Positions 56,496 through 59,045 of a stretch of 59,045 nt of DNA are shown here, piece after piece. The position numbers and the translations under genes were made by a program. The first letter of the stretch is position 1. Each line of letters opens with the position of its first letter. Location: positions 1 to 59,045 of IMG/VR virus record IMGVR_UViG_3300034196_000113; one strand, written 5' to 3'. Source of the DNA: a virus (Duplodnaviria > Caudoviricetes). Below the pieces are notes generated by a model. The model saw nothing but the letters and a program-made list of their open reading frames with translations. It was not told where the DNA came from and did no database searches.

Positions 56496-57194
56496 ATGCA
56501 AGACCTTACGAAGCCCCCGGCTCGATTCGTCTACCAACTGTCCGACGGCACTATAGCCGTGGAAATGTTCAAGGTCAGTGCCCTGCATCTAACCTGCCTC
56601 ATGGGCGCGATGGCGAAGGACAAGGACGACGCCAGGTACTACCTGAAAGGCATCTACCTGGACATGGAGCGTTCCATGCTTGTGGCGACCAACGGCCACA
56701 TCATGGCGACCTGCCCGGTCTACCTGGATCGCGACGCCCATTGGCCCGAGTTGATCGCGTTCATCAAAGAGCGCGCCGAGAAGAAGACCGAGTTCGGCGC
56801 CCGCTGGTGGAACCACCCGGCCGAGTTGATCTTCCGCCCCGAGAAGGCGCCCAGCACGCGCAGCCAATTGGTTTCGGTCGATCTGCGGACCATGCGGATC
56901 TGGGACAGCTTGAACAAGGGGAAGGCATTCGAGCGCTATATCGAGGCAATGGAAGACGGGCAATTCCCGGCCTGGAAAAGGGTCCACCTGTGGGAAGTCG
57001 ACTACCCGGCATCCCCTGCGTCCATCAAGCCGGATACCAGCGACGGGATCGGCCTTGACGTGTCGATTCTCTCCAAGGTCTGGAACGGCCCGGTCAAACT
57101 GGCAACGATCCCGGGGCACACCGGGTTCCTGATACGCCCAATGGCAGTGGACGCGCAGGACGTGCAAATCACCCTAATGCCAACCCGCATCTAG
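56496..57194 (+). CDS. Beta-sliding-clamp-like (partial) protein
   Basis: DARYYLKGIYLD...LVATNGH...GQFP.W.RV...LMPTRI resembles DnaN domains. Confidence 0.65.
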   Translation: MQDLTKPPARFVYQLSDGTIAVEMFKVSALHLTCLMGAMAKDKDDARYYLKGIYLDMERSMLVATNGHIMATCPVYLDRDAHWPELIAFIKERAEKKTEFGARWWNHPAELIFRPEKAPSTRSQLVSVDLRTMRIWDSLNKGKAFERYIEAMEDGQFPAWKRVHLWEVDYPASPASIKPDTSDGIGLDVSILSKVWNGPVKLATIPGHTGFLIRPMAVDAQDVQITLMPTRI

Positions 57195-57249
57195 CCCCTC
57201 CACGAGCCCCGCTTCGGCGGGGCCGAACGATTCTAACGCAGGACTACCA

Positions 57250-57594
57250 ATGAACGAGTCTAACAGCCTGGTAGAGATCACCATCGGCAATGTGTCCTAT
57301 CGTTGCATCCCGGATTGGGGGTGTTATGCGAACGGGCGCTTCGCCTTGATGTTTTACGATGCGACGACCGGCGAGGCTATTCACAAGGCATCGGTCAATC
57401 TCGTCGATCACCCGCTTGAGCCCTACGAAATGGTCTTGAACAACGACTACGACATCGAGCCGGATCTGGTCCGCGCCGGCATCGCAGCCCCGTCTCACCG
57501 CAAGATCGTCGAGGTACGTCCTTGGGGCAACATCGAGTGGAACGTCTGCCGGCTGATTGATCCGCCCCAGATACCGGGCCATCTGGAGGCGTAG
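57250..57594 (+). CDS. DUF4313-like protein
   Basis: YANGRFAL...GE....ASVNL...LVRAGI. Confidence 0.55.
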   Translation: MNESNSLVEITIGNVSYRCIPDWGCYANGRFALMFYDATTGEAIHKASVNLVDHPLEPYEMVLNNDYDIEPDLVRAGIAAPSHRKIVEVRPWGNIEWNVCRLIDPPQIPGHLEA

Positions 57595-57953
57595 TGAAAG
57601 TCCGACTGACCAACACGACCATGATGCCGCTATCCGGGCAGTACCAGTGCCAGGAGATCGAAGAGCAGGCGTTTGTGTCGCATCTGGTTGCCTACTGGCG
57701 CCAGGGGATCGTGGTTTCCTACATCGGCTACCCGACAAATCAAGCCTACATCCGCGAAATCTCGGGCATCAACGTGCCCATCAACCGGGGGCCGACCGAA
57801 CTGGAGCCCGGCGACATCATGCTCTGTATGCGGGTGCTCTACGAGCAACAGGACCAGCAACGCAAGCAACCCTCCGACGGCTCCCGACGCTGGGAATTCC
57901 GCGAAGGGCCAAGGCGTTGGCAGTTCTTCCTCGTGCGCTACCAGACACTCTAG
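57594..57953 (+). CDS. DUF1874/STIV B116/AcrIII-1-like protein
   Basis: L.N...SYIGY.T....I.E.SG..VP.NR....L.PGD matches the S.IGH..T...G....NR...L..GD pattern. Confidence 0.65.
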   Translation: MKVRLTNTTMMPLSGQYQCQEIEEQAFVSHLVAYWRQGIVVSYIGYPTNQAYIREISGINVPINRGPTELEPGDIMLCMRVLYEQQDQQRKQPSDGSRRWEFREGPRRWQFFLVRYQTL

Positions 57954-57997
57954 GACAAGGCCTTCTTTTTGGTTTGGGACACGGAAGTCCCGCTTCT

Positions 57998-58750
57998 CTA
58001 AAACGACAAGCCGAGAAGCAGATTGGACGGGTAGTGTCCGCGCTTCTTCTTGTACATCCGCTCAGCCTTTTCGGCCTGTTCCGCTGGCAATTCGCCAATC
58101 CACATAATAAAGGGCTTCGCTGCCTTCCGCTGGTTACAGTCTCTACAACACGCGACGAGGTTGTTCGCCGAGTGTTCCCCGTTCAACGCCAACGGCTCCA
58201 TATGGTCGATTACCGTATTCTCTTCGCAGAGTATCCGGTCGCAATATGGACAGCTTTTGCGCTCACCCAATATAGCGGGAAAGTCGACCGTTCCGTCCTT
58301 AAGTAAGGCGACACGTTCCCTTCTTTTTCCTGCCACGTAAACCTGATAGTGCCTGTACGCAGGATCGGTTTCCCTCCTGTTTTTCTGGTACAACCTCGAA
58401 TCCTCCCTGTTTTGCTCAAGGTTCCCGTAATAGCGCCGCTTGAAGTATCCGTCGTCGCGCCGTTTGTCAGCGTTTGTCTTAAGCCCGCATTTGCGCGAGC
58501 AATACTTGGCAGTCGACGCTCTTCCCGACATATCGGCCCCGCATCTTGCGCATTTGCGTTGCGCCGGGGGTTCCGGTTTCGGGGAACAGGTGCGTTTGTA
58601 AGAAAATTTTTGTTGGCAAGACTTCGAGCAGAATCTTGTTTGCCCAATGGTCCATGAAATGTCCTTTCCACACTCGCGGCAGACTTTTGACATGGCGGGC
58701 GACCGAATCGGCGGGATTCGTTCAGACATCCGGCCTGTTCGTTTGTCCAA
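57998..58750 (-). CDS. HNH endonuclease with N-terminal zinc fingers
   Basis: CPYC...DH.EPL...G.H...NLV.CC..CN..K; two CxxC...CSxxC units. Confidence 0.88.
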   Translation of the reverse strand: MDKRTGRMSERIPPIRSPAMSKVCRECGKDISWTIGQTRFCSKSCQQKFSYKRTCSPKPEPPAQRKCARCGADMSGRASTAKYCSRKCGLKTNADKRRDDGYFKRRYYGNLEQNREDSRLYQKNRRETDPAYRHYQVYVAGKRRERVALLKDGTVDFPAILGERKSCPYCDRILCEENTVIDHMEPLALNGEHSANNLVACCRDCNQRKAAKPFIMWIGELPAEQAEKAERMYKKKRGHYPSNLLLGLSF

Positions 58751-58932
58751 AACAGATCACCCTATGGTTTCTGTAGTAAAATTCGCCCGTTACACGACGT
58801 GCGAACAACTCCGCCCGCCACCCCCCGGAAGGACCCCAAGTATAGACATCTCGTTTACGAAACCTATTGGTTTTCTTCATTCGATCTTCATTCAATGTGT
58901 ATAGCGCGAATGAGTTTTCTTATTCGATTCGT

Positions 58933-59045
58933 CATTGCCTATCCATTGCCTATCCATTGCCCCGTCATTGCCCCGTCATTGCCCCATGCTATTCAATAGA
59001 ACGCGCGGTTTGTATTCTATTCCCTGCCCCCTGCCCCCTGCCCCC
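58933..59045. repeat. Short tandem repeats at the window end
   Basis: 11-bp cattgcctatc/cattgccccgt x5, then 7-bp ctgcccc(c) repeats to the end. Confidence 0.85.

Noticed and set aside
58900-59045. Hairpin telomere or terminal inverted repeats of a linear N15-like element
   Set aside because: The window ends are not inverted copies of each other and no protelomerase was recognised

Overview
This window looks like a near-complete ~59 kb temperate siphophage / phage-plasmid genome, GC-rich and probably from a proteobacterium. It has a lambda-like head module (terminase, gpW, portal, S49 protease, decoration protein, major capsid), a tail module with LamG and fibre genes, an M15 endolysin, and two replicons: a Rep_3 plasmid initiator with 22-bp iterons and a DnaA box, and a lambda O/P-like pair with four in-gene iterons. 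I found no integrase, protelomerase, ParA or CI-type repressor. The standout feature is an RNA-guided locus at ~8.15-15.54 kb. About 85 units (hand count) of a dual-repeat array with layout AGCCG-[9 nt]-YGAGAACCG-[9 nt]-YGCGA(nn), period ~38-39 nt, are split into five blocks. They flank an IS110/Nop-fold protein that lacks a nuclease domain, which is the architecture of a TIGR-Tas (TasA-like) system. The arrays are interleaved with two small ORFs and a RecE/RecT-like pair, and the locus sits divergent from a Cro-like gene, where a repressor would normally lie. Other notable items are a ~590-nt structured leader behind a strong sigma70 promoter, an AcrIII-1/DUF1874-like gene with the catalytic His replaced, a degenerate dUTPase, and a MoxR-AAA/vWA-peptidase cluster. 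All family assignments come from motif recognition by eye, not database searches.
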